From the NCBI GenBank assembly GCA_027604505.1, contig JADIIX010000138.1, positions 1 through 59,964 of the forward strand: a DNA stretch of 59,964 bases. Reading direction: 5' to 3'. How positions within the stretch are numbered: position 1 is the stretch's first letter; every line of letters starts with the position of its first letter. Made by a program: the position numbers and the translations under genes. Source of the stretch: Gonapodya sp. JEL0774 (lineage: Eukaryota). Shown here in pieces: positions 12,225 to 25,896 of the stretch. The notes beneath the pieces were generated by a model. The model worked only from the letters and a program-made list of their open reading frames with translations. It did not search any database and had not been told where the DNA came from.

Positions 12225-13511
12225 ATGAACAACTTCCACGACCCCATTCCTGGATTGCTCAAGGGCACACTCTCCGTCATCAGCCAAGTTTTGTATCTTC
12301 GAAATGCAATCAAACAGAGAGTGATTGACCTCGCAACCACGATTGCGCCCGAAAGCTTCCAATCTGTAACCCGTTATGCAAATGGACTGAAATCGAATCA
12401 CGCGTCGATATCCACTCCATTGATGGACCCGGTATGTCCTCCTTCTAATCTATGACGCGTTATGCGAAAAACTGAAATCGAATCACGCGACGATGTCCAC
12501 TCCATTGATGGACCCGGCATGTCCTTCTTCTACGGATTCGTTCATGATTCTCTCAGTTTGACGCCCTGGTCATTCCCCTGTGTTATCTGAGCGCTGTCAA
12601 AATTGGAAACTACATCATGCGAGACAGAAAACCGTACCAAATGCGAGCGTTCGGACTCGCGCACAATTTGTTTTCAATGCTACTCAGTCTCTACATGGCC
12701 ATAGCAGTATTCCACGAGGCATTTGTGGTACAAAAGCACACACTGATTGGAGGCAACGTGGTGGACGAATCGACACGGGGGGGAAGAGGGGCGGAACTGT
12801 TTTGGGTGTTTTACTTCTCAAAGGTGCGCCTGACTCTTTCTCCCTTTTTTCATTCATAACATAACGATGAATCAATGACCCACAGATACCAGAGTTTAAC
12901 GACACCCTGATCATGGTGTTAAAAAAGAGCACTCGCCAAATAACGTTCTTGCATACTTACCATCATGCGTCGATGATCTACATTTGCTGGATGGGATGTT
13001 GGATAGCTCCAGGTGGCGATTGCCTCTTTAATTGCTTTATGAACTCTTTCGTCCACGTGGTCATGTATGGTAGGTGTCTGATATGATCTCCTCCCCCTAC
13101 CCCAGTTCGAGGTAACCGTCACCCTCACTTCCCTCACTCTATTTTAATATTCTTGCTGGAATGCAATTCACCCAATGCATTCAGGTTATTACTTTTTCAG
13201 CATGGTCGGAGTGAAACAAGTTGCGTGGATCCGTCCTTACATCACCAGCCTGCAAATCTTCCAGTTCTCTTCGATACTCGTTCGAGAGATATACAGTATA
13301 TCGTGCTACCTTCTTGGCAAACCTACTGGTTTCCCATTGATCGTGGTTTTCATTGAAACAGCCTGTATGTTTCTTTCGTTCTTCCTTTAGTCTTTGAGTT
13401 ACACTCCTTCATCTTGCAGACAATGTGTCAATGCTGGTACTGTTCATGCAATTCTATCGTAGTGCGTACACGACTCGCAAAGTCTCCAATAAGAGCTCGA
13501 AGGATCAATAG
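12225..13511 (+). CDS. GNS1/SUR4 (ELO) family fatty acid elongase, delta-6 PUFA elongase (GLELO) type
   Basis: Exons 12225-12431, 12557-12823, 12886-13069, 13185-13364, 13420-13511. Motifs PLMDP|F, FYFSK|IPEFNDT, RQITFLHTYHH, APGGD, NSFVHVVMYGYYF, YITSLQIFQF and a Lys-rich C-terminus. Confidence 0.93.
12372..12532 (+). repeat. Imperfect tandem duplication (about 75 bp, 2 copies) spanning the elongase exon 1/intron 1 junction
   Basis: 12372-12447 and 12458-12532 share cgttatgc...actgaaatcgaatcacgcg.cgat.tccactccattgatggacccgg(t/c)atgtcct.cttcta. Confidence 0.9.
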
Positions 13512-13524
13512 ATATGCTACTCTA

Positions 13525-15962
13525 CTATTCCATGTCCCGACCGTCACGTGCACGCCTCTGCTTCATCCCCACCGTCCCATCACCTTCGTTCCCTTTCCCG
13601 TTCTCCCTGACGGTTATTGTTCTCGCCTGTCCAAGTCCGATACTTTTCTGCACTTCGAGCATTAGTCCCTCCAACCCGCCTAGTTTCAGAATCACCAGTA
13701 ATACCAGGAGACCCACATGACCAGCGTAATGGAGCGCTCCGTACACGGCGGAGATTTTATCCCACGTCAGAAGGATGTAGGATATTGCCAAGTAGTTCAT
13801 GATGAGCTGAGTGGCAGCCCAGGTCAAAACATCGTACATTGGTTTAAATTTTGCGTACGGGGAGGGTGGCACAAACAAGGGTCGAAAAGCGCGCCTAAAT
13901 GACTTTGCAACGATTGTGAGGGGCACGCCAGAAACAAAGAATACTTTGTGAAGTAAAGGGACACATGATTGATATTGTTCTCGGGACATGAAGATCCAGC
14001 GAAGCTCACCATAATACCCGAAATGAAATCCATGCCAAAACGCAGATGATGCAAATGTAGCTACAGTTGCCCATTCGGAGGGCACTTCCTTTTGCGCGTT
14101 GGTGCCGGGGTCCTTGACAAGCTTTGTAAACCTGAGGTACACAAAATTTTTGAGCCACGTTTGGGTGTGTACGTTCCAGCTGTCGATATAGCCGCGAGGG
14201 GTCGTAGCAAGTTCGAGGCCGAAGAAACGGAGCTGGTTACCTCGGGTCCTGAGAGAGGCAACCGTCAAGCATCGCGCAGCAACCAATTGTAGGAAGGTCC
14301 GACGGAGTTGGAACGAGGAGAAAAGGTTACCGTTCAGTGCAGAGAGCGGGCGAACGTAGAGAGATAGATAATCAACGCAGACCAGGATTTTTTGTCTTCT
14401 TCCGTCCCTCACCAAAGTGGCTTCCCATTTGTATCAAACCCGTCGAACGCAATGCCACACATGATACAAGCGACCTCGGAGATTTTCCACCCAAGGTAAT
14501 ATTTGAGCCGGTGTGAGAAACCCGCCAAGAGGACATATCCAAAACTACAACGAGTAGACTTCAATTCCAAAGCGATTCAGATTAAGTAACAGCAATCTTA
14601 CCGCCGCGGCAGGCTCCAGTTTCTAAATGATGGTTGCAGACATCCGTGGTATGTAACTGGCTCTAGCGCGAAGTGCCCCCCGGCGTAAGCGAGGACGACC
14701 AAAAAGCATTGAAAAGCCGGGAAGGCGGACGAAAGGGTGGGGGGGACGAGCTGGTGGAGTTGCAGGAGTCAATAGATGTCAGGCGGCCTTCCCTGCTTTG
14801 CCGTAACGTGCCTTGCCCTCGACAAAATCTTCGACTACGGTGTAGTCGAATGCAGGGCCAACGATGATTCCAGCAAAGAAGTGGGTGTAGCCAAAGAAGT
14901 TGAGCAATGTGGGTTGAGATTTGATGGCGCGGGGAGCAAACGAGGGATGAAGGGACTGGGTATCAAGGGGTATTATTGGCTCGGAGGCCAAGAAAAGAGA
15001 ACCAGGAATGAACCTACCGCGGGTGGACGTGTCCCGTCGTGCAAACTCCACGCATAGCTCTGTGTTCGTGAGATTCGCGAAGGAAAGGTAAAAAAGGGAC
15101 AAGAACAATAAATTCGGGAAGACGGACAACGCCCAGAGATGGCAGTTTTCCGGTCGGCATGGTCATTGGAGTAGTTGGTATCTCAGATTGTTGAAAATTT
15201 TGCTGAAGAAGCTTGCTCCTGCTCACCGAAATTCGAATGGTGAGAACCATGAAGGGTGAGGTGAAGTCAAACGTCTTGAAGTCCTCTATGCGGGTAAAGA
15301 TTTGCGCGTGGAGGTGGCTATTCAAACGAGACTGATTCAATAACCATGGAAACTTCTAACAAAGTTATCAGTTCTTCTCCAACTGTCCTAATCCAACCCC
15401 CTTGGAGGACTTCAGAATCGGTATTTGTATCGTTGAGATTCCAAAACTGGGTCGAGGCCTCCGGAATGCATTCCATAACAATGCTACGCGCCAGATGATG
15501 CTCTCAAATCTTTTCGCTAGGTGCAAAAAGTTCCGGCATCGTTGAGGAACTACTCACAAGTACGCCAGGTGCAACAACGCCATACAATGAATGAGCACGG
15601 GCATCCACTTTCGATCCCGGAAAGTACTTGATATGAAGTAGGTGTAGAACGTGGCAGTAACTACGTGGAGGTATTCCGTGTATCCCCAGACGTTTATGAG
15701 CACCATCGCGGTCGTGGCGACCGCTGAAAGAAACGGGCGATTCCACACAGAGAGCACCAGAATGAAGCTCCAATTCCAGGCATGCAACAACCCGCTTTCG
15801 CCAGAACAACTCACAGAACATATCCCTGATCCATCTGGTCGTGGGCAATAAACGCGAACACACTGCGACGGGATACGCCGCGACGATAGCGAGAACGAGC
15901 AGAATTCCATCAGAATTGATGCCAAGAGATGCGGCGATCCAATCCGCAAAAGTATCGAGCAT
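13525..15962 (-). CDS. ALE1: MBOAT family lysophospholipid acyltransferase (Ale1/LPCAT-like)
   Basis: Multi-exon hydrophobic protein with FDFTSPFMVLTIRIS, PTLLNFFGYTHFFAGIIVGPAFDY, SWNVHTQTWLKNFVYLR and SAFWHGFHFGYY (catalytic His); starts MLDTFADWIA at 15962. Confidence 0.92.
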
Positions 15963-16366
15963 TATGTGTAGTAGTCTGGTTTGACAGAATCTATCGGAGG
16001 AACCGAGGTGCACGAAGTCCGCGGGTCAAGGCGGTGCGGCAGGCCTTATGATGGAATCTGAAGACCCGCAACATAGAAGAAGCGACTGGACTGGTGCGAT
16101 TTCTCTTGCACGAGAGCGCTCCATACTAAACTAAATCGATCTCATTCTTTGTCATCCACTCCTCCGTTGATTGCACGAGGAAATGCATTTAGAATATTAT
16201 GGCTGCGAGTCGAGTCATTATGTAACTGCGGAATCGTATCGACGATGCTCAAAGCATCTTTCTTTGGCGAATTGCAGAAGGTGAAGACCAAAATGCGAAG
16301 ACAGCATGCACACATTTATGGTATTCAAGAATTCGGCAACGGACGCGACGCCGTTTTATCTACAAG

Positions 16367-19317
16367 ATGAGCCAGCAGCGGCACGAATGGAGCAACAGGA
16401 GTACAAGCTCAGTCCTGGTCGGCGCGAGTGAGTCGCTCTTTCTGTTATTTTATCAGTGCCTCTCCTTGCTCCGAGGTTTCGGAGGGCGTTTCCATGCTCG
16501 ATGTCCGGCGTTTTGAATGCCATCGAGAACGAAACAGCCCTAAATCTCGGTGCTCTCTTCGTTTGCATGTGTTCCTCGTGTACTCTCTTGGCCCTCCACT
16601 TTGCAATCATCCCCTTACACCAACTTCACACCAAACCCCAATTCACGAACCCCAACTCGACCAGCCCGCACGTTTCTGGCCGCACTTGAAGATGTCGCTG
16701 CTCAGTTTGCGACTGCTGACCACGGCACGCTCCCAACACTCCCCGCTCCGCTCTCCTCTCTCTCCCTCCTCCTCACCTCGTCGTCTGCGGCACCTTCGCC
16801 TCCACCAATGCCATCGCGTCAACTCTCCCTCTCGAACTCATCCTCCTTCTCAACCCTCAACACTTCGGCCTTCTCAAAATCTTCTTCTTCCTCCTCCTTC
16901 TTCAATCCGCATATGCATCGACCCCCCATCTCCCATACCCCACACAACCGCGACCACGATTTCGACGAAGCACAGGACATGTCCCTCGATCCAGACGACT
17001 TGGTATCCCTCCCTGCGCTCCCCTCAACCGTAACTTCCTCCGGTTCTTCCCGCAAACGCCCACACGACACAGACTTTTCAGAAGGCATTGCTCGCAGAAT
17101 GGCGAAACAAGCCAGGATTGCCGGGGTGTTGGCGGGAAGGTTCGAGGACGCAGTGAGGATGGCGGACACTGACATTCTTGGGAGTGCACTATTGAGCGGT
17201 GCGGTCGGTGGGACTGGTCGTGCAACTCACCAATATAACGACCAAAACTTTACCAACGGAACAAAAATGAACGGATATTCCTCGGACTTATCTTCGGGCT
17301 TCCCGTACAATAGCAATTACGGTAACCCACAAACTGCACACGGGCCAGTACTGGGACTCGGTGGACTCAACTCGGGTGCCTCCGTGTGAGTGGCCATCGA
17401 TTGCTCCTTACGTTCTTCCCTCCGAGCCCCACATTGCATCACTACACAACAACTTCAGCCCCCGCACTGTCCTAAACCCGATCCGTCGACTTGCATCAAG
17501 CGCCCAATCGGCTTCCCTTACCTCGCCTTCCCAACCTTTACCTTCTCCTTCCACACCATACACCTCTACCTTGTCATCTTATGATCACACCGACACCTCG
17601 GCACATCCCTTAGCACTTCACATTCCCCCCATCACAGCCGCTCCCTCAGCATCACAGCGAACTCTGCGGGACCAGTCCGATCACCACCCGCCCTCATCCT
17701 TACCCCACAACGTGGCCCTCTTCCGCGCCTTAACTTCGTCTGCTTCCTCCAATAAAAACACCGCTTCATCTTCTCCTCCTTACCGCTCTAGCCCTAGTAC
17801 CAGAAGCACAGCAACAACACCTTCCCCAGACGGTCCCGGTACCACCTCAGTATCTGCTGTAGACTATGAGGACTTTAAACGCCTCGTCGAAGAAATCGTT
17901 AGCGCAGCGCGGGGTGGCGATACGGGTAGTCAGAGTCTCTTCAATGCAGGAATGGCTGCCGATGATTCTGACTGGCCTACTACGCGAGCCTTAATCGAGG
18001 CCGCGATGAACTTCATTAAAGTACGTGGCCGATTTGTGGTTACATATTTGATTACACATTCGCCATCTGCATTAACATGCCTGTCTGTTTTGTTCCTTTG
18101 ACCATCCACTCTGTGTCCTTAAGGTCTCTGACGACCTTCAGCACACACCCAGTCTCCTTCCACCACCGCCCTCCCCCGATCTGACCCCATTCTTCTCCCT
18201 CATTCGCTCCAAACGGCCCATCTGGTCCGACACTGTTCGCACGAAGGGTGCATCGTGGACTCGAATGGGATTTCCCGTGGACTTGGAGGGAATGAACAGG
18301 GCGGTGGATTGGATTGCCAGGGTTGTGGGATGGGGAGTGAGGGAGTGGGGGGAGAGGCTGGCGGCGGGTACAGCGGAGGTGCCTGAGGTAGGTTGGCGTG
18401 GAGGGGGTCCAGAACTTGATTCGATATTGCGAGCTGACAACAACAATGTAATTAAACTTTTTGCGGTCGCTTCGATGCGTTCTGTGCTCTACGCAATGGC
18501 GTGATGCGACGTGTCGCAAACTTTCCGACAGATCATTCAAGCAGCGGAGTGTGGTATGCAGCTTGCGGTGGAGACGGTGGAATTGACCGGTAAAGGGGGT
18601 GCAGGGGAAGATATGGTGTTGGGTGCGGGTAAGTAGTGGTCCAGGCACTCGTTCAAAGAAACCCGGAATGTCCACAGTCATCTTCCGCGACTCCTGTTCC
18701 CAGTCCTCCTGACCGCAACCATCCTACGTGGTCAACTCCATTCCGCCACATCGAGCTCCACATCCTACCCTGCTCACAGTTCTTCAACCCGCCCAACTCG
18801 CTCCGCAGTGTCGTTCCCCTTTTCGGCAACCGCATTTTCAGACTCCTCCGACATGGCCATAGATTCTCCATCGCAAGGGTCCCCTCTCCGCGCTTCGGGT
18901 TCCATCACTCATCCCACACGCGTCTCGGAAGTTCGCGCGATGGCGATAGCAGATGGGTCTGGAAGGGCCTTGGAGGCTCTAAGAGCAGTAATAGAGGCAA
19001 GAACAGTGGGGAGCTGGATCGGGAACAGCTTTGCGTCGCACGGCAACTCCACCATCTTCGACCCCTCCGTGTCTTCCTCAACATGTCCCAACTTTGCTTT
19101 GGACCGCCTTGCCTCGTCTATAGTGCAGATTGGTGTGTTCCTTGCCGAACAAGCAGGTGCCGCGCGATTTGGCAGTGGTAGTAAGCGAGACGGTGGAACG
19201 GGAAAAAGGATATTGAGGGCGGCTGTGAGCTTGGCGAAGAGAGCCGTCGAGATCGCTAGGGGAGCGGAGGAAGAAGGGAGGGTGTTGAGGTTGGAGGTAG
19301 CGATCGGGGAGGATTAA
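16367..19317 (+). CDS. Hypothetical multi-exon protein, Ser/Pro-rich with helical segments
   Basis: Consecutive long ORFs (16550-17389, 17361-18101, 18265-18504, 18808-19317) can be joined by GT-AG introns; no family motif recognised; start inferred. Confidence 0.6.
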
Positions 19318-19453
19318 ATGAAGGAACTGGGCAATGGGGCTGGCGGGGGGTTACTACTGTGCAAACTGTGAAATATGAGCCTTGTTTTAGATAATAAACA
19401 CTAGTACTTTGCATCTATTTGTTGGAACAAGATAAACAAAGGAAGGGAAAGGG

Positions 19454-22226
<2,773 letters not shown>

Positions 22227-23129
22227 AGAAAGGGCCGTGAGAAAGGAGAGAAGGGAGGGTGGCGGGAGTGTATGTTGGAGACCGGGCTCGGCACTCGCAG
22301 TAGGTAGCGAGAAAGACAATAATGGTGATACTCCATTATGATGCTATTTAAAACAAAAATGTGGAAGTTCCTTTTTGGGCGGGAGACATGAGGTGCTCGT
22401 TTAGGACTTGAAGGGGGCGGGCGGGAAGCTGGCCAGGGGAAGGCAACCACGGTTATTATTGGAAAGAACGTGCTTCCTACCTTGGAAATATGGGTGTGAT
22501 GTATGTATTGACACCATGTAAACTGCCGATGGAGCGCCGTGGGCGATGTGTAAAACAATTGACGCAAATCGGCGATTTACTGGGTGTCTTCATAATAGAA
22601 GGGGAGGAAGGAGAAGGGGTTTGCCCATTCCCTTGTCTACAAGCACTGGTAATAAAATAAGCACGCAATTGTACACCAAGATGATGTGGTAAATGGATTA
22701 GGACAGTTATTGCCGTCTCAATCCGTTTCTATCACCACCTGCATTTCCTCATCATGGCGTTTGTGCTTCGGCCACATGCAAGGGCAGGGAGGGGATTTCT
22801 AATAATTTCATCCACGCGTCTCCCCACGCACTCAAGCCCCACAAAGGCAACGCTACAGTCGAGGGACCCCTGCATATATGCGGGGACACGACAAGGGCCC
22901 ACACTAAGGTGGTCCTCTGACCTGTGGAAACCCCCTTCAGATGATCTGTGCAAGCACCAACAGGGACCGAAAGAAGTTTGCGAATATATTTGTGAAAAAT
23001 AGAATGAGCTCATTTTATTACCAGTATTCTAGAAAAGGGGTTTTCAGAGTTATAGATCAATATATAATTATCGTCGTGATCACGCGGCTAAATGGAGCTC
23101 TACACGGCTAAAAAGTCGAAATCGACAGA

Positions 23130-23785
23130 ATGGGAATTGTATGGAGACGATACCTCGACGACAATGGATCTGGCAGAGTTTACGCGTGCTCACACTGCAA
23201 AACCCACTTGGGAACGGCTGGAGACGTGATGTCAAGAGTGAGTGAGGAACTCTATAGCTCCGTGACTCAGAGGTCGAAGCCTTCATTTTTAACTCCGTCC
23301 ACTTTGGCACAACCATGGTGCCTTTCCTAGACTTTTCAAGGACAGCACGGGAGAGCGTTTCTCTTCTCTTCGGTGTGGGTTTCTTCTGGAGGGCACGTGG
23401 TCAGCAAACCACTCAAAGCTTACTGTCGCCGTGATTTGTCTGCAGGGTCAATGTCACAGAAGGCCCCGTGGTAGAAAGAACAATGACAACAGGTAGGCGC
23501 TGATTGTGAGGCGATGGTCAGTCCAGAACACAGTGGGCTGTGATTCAACGACACACTCGCCCCTCACATGCAACCACTTTAAAAAGGCGGTCATGCGGTA
23601 AGAGATATCTTTTGTATTGACTGTGAGCGGCTGGTCGGGTGGAAATACGTGAGTCCATGTATTTTCATCGTCTTGAATTGACTCACCTTCACTCCCACCT
23701 TCCAAAGATTGTTGCTTTCGAAGAAACGCAAAAATACAAAGAGGGCAAGTTTATACTGGAGAAAAACCTCTTGGTCGAGATTTAG
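23130..23785 (+). CDS. MOH1: Yippee-like (YPEL/Moh1) zinc-binding protein
   Basis: 5 exons: YACSHCKTHL...SR|TFQGQHGRAFLFSSV|VNVTEGPVVERTMTT|GGHAVRDIFCIDCERLVGWKY|IVAFEETQKYKEGKFILEK. Confidence 0.92.
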
Positions 23786-24122
23786 CGGCATTCAAGAGAA
23801 TTATATCCACCCGAAGTGCCCTCCCGGTTTTGAGAACAGCAGATTACCCAGAATTTTTGGATGTAGCATAGCGTCGAATGAATGTAGTTATTCTGATTTG
23901 ACTGGATTGTTACACACTTGTGGCTTGGTCACCATAGGCAAGTTCGCTTTGAGGCTGTGGGTGGAAATGTTGGGGGCCAAAGTGGAAGAGCGCGCACCGC
24001 TTCAAATCGTCCAACCATTCCAGTCTCCAGCGCGTTCCTTCTCACCCATCTCCCCTTCATCGTCCCCTTATTCACCTTCTCTCGCCTCTGCTCCTCGCTT
24101 GAGCACCATCTTCTTCCTGTTC

Positions 24123-25556
24123 ATGTCCTCGTCAATCGGCTTCAAATTCGGCTCCTTCGACTACTTTTGCGACCAAGTCACGCTCACCGTATGTCCCCTT
24201 GTAGGCGGTGTAGAACCGCAGTGCTATTCGCGGAGCTTAGAGGTCGGCGGGACGTTGTTATTCCAACCTGGTGAGTGGTTGATTCACTTCCCGCTCGACT
24301 GGAGAGGGGGTCAGCGGTCTCCACCCCCATTTCCCCCACATACCGCTCTGCTGCTGTTGGCGCTCTGACAAATGTTCTTGCCCTGCACGTAAACGGGCCT
24401 GCTTGGGGCGCTGTTTCTTTTTGGTTCCACATTCCGTCTCTGTTCTTCTACTTTAAAACGAATACTATCACAGGCGCCTACGTCATTTACCTCGTCGCGC
24501 TCATCATGACAGTAATAATGATTTTTCACATTAAGGTCAAGTTTACTGCTGTAGGTGAGTCTCTGGTCGTGCCACTCTGTGTTGCATTGCTAAGGAGGGC
24601 ACATGTCTGACGAGTTATGGTCTTCTAACCTATTCGCTCTTGCAATCAAGGCCGGAAAGAAATCCTCATATTCTTCTACATGTACATTGCGCTCGTCATC
24701 GTCGAATTTTTGCTGGTGTCTGGCATCATTCCTGTCACATCTGTCGTGTACCCAGTGAGTCCATCCGCACCCCTTTCCATGGACATCCCATCTTTAATCG
24801 CCACTGCTCTCTTGAAACATCTACTCCACACAACTCGCACGCTCTACGCCACCAGTACTTCACTGCAGCCCACATCGGATTGATCACCGCGTTGTTTTGG
24901 TGTTTGGTGCTGAACGGATTCGTGGGGTACCAATGGACAGAAGACGGGACCGCACAGTCATTATGGGTGAGTCCTCATTCTAGAGTGTTTCCTCCGTTTC
25001 ATTCTGATTGCGGAGAACATGTATCACCCGCATACCCGACTACGCGCAGACCATCCGCCTCTCCTCCCTCCTCCTCTTCGGCATCGCGTTTTTCATCTCC
25101 ATCGCCACATTCAAGGGCCTTATCGGCTTTAGCTCCAGCAATCCCATAGCGCTTTTCGTTGTCTACCTCATCTTCAACGCCGTGTGCTTGGCGGTGTACG
25201 TCGTGTCCCAAATCATCCTGGTGCTCACCACGCTGGACGACAGATGGGCGCTGGCGGATGTACTGGTGGGGTTCACGTTCTTCACGATGGGATTGATATT
25301 CCAGTTTGTGCTGTCGCCCACCGTGTGTAACGGGACACAACACTACATCGACGGATTCTTCTTCGGAGCGCTGTTCACTCTCTTGGGGGTCATGATGGTG
25401 TACAAGTTTTGGGACGACATCACGAAAGAGGACCTCGAGTTCTCTGTGGGAGGCAAGACAAACGTGTGGGAGATCAAGGACCCCTTACTCAATGACGAAC
25501 AAATGGCGCTCATGGCAAATGAACACCAACGGCTACAAGGACATTACGACAGATGA
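24123..25556 (+). CDS. CHS7: Chitin synthase export chaperone
   Basis: FGSFDYFC..VTLTVCPLV, EPQCYSRS, KFTAVG|RKEI, LNGFVGYQWTEDGT, HYIDGFFFG, VMMVYKFWDDITKEDLEFSVG; about 7 TM segments. Confidence 0.93.
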
Positions 25557-25896
25557 AATGATCTGAGGTGATGTCCGCCGGCTGTCGTAGCAGCAGCATT
25601 CGCAGATGGTGTGGTATTATTTTGTCCCTCATGGACGGTCAATGGACTGAGAATTGAACGCGAGTTCATGCGGTGGAAGTAGTCATTATACCCTGCATAT
25701 ATAGATTACGTTTTCGTTGTGTACAGATGTTCAAAATGCTTATATCGTTCGCCGAATGTGTGCGCTTGTGAGGGTGACCAGTGGGATGACAAGGTATCCA
25801 AGTGGCTGCGTAGGGTATCTCCACTTCATATATGCTTGGTGTCTTCGCCTGTCACAGGTTCATCTCCATTCAGTCCTGCTGCCATCATCACACCTA

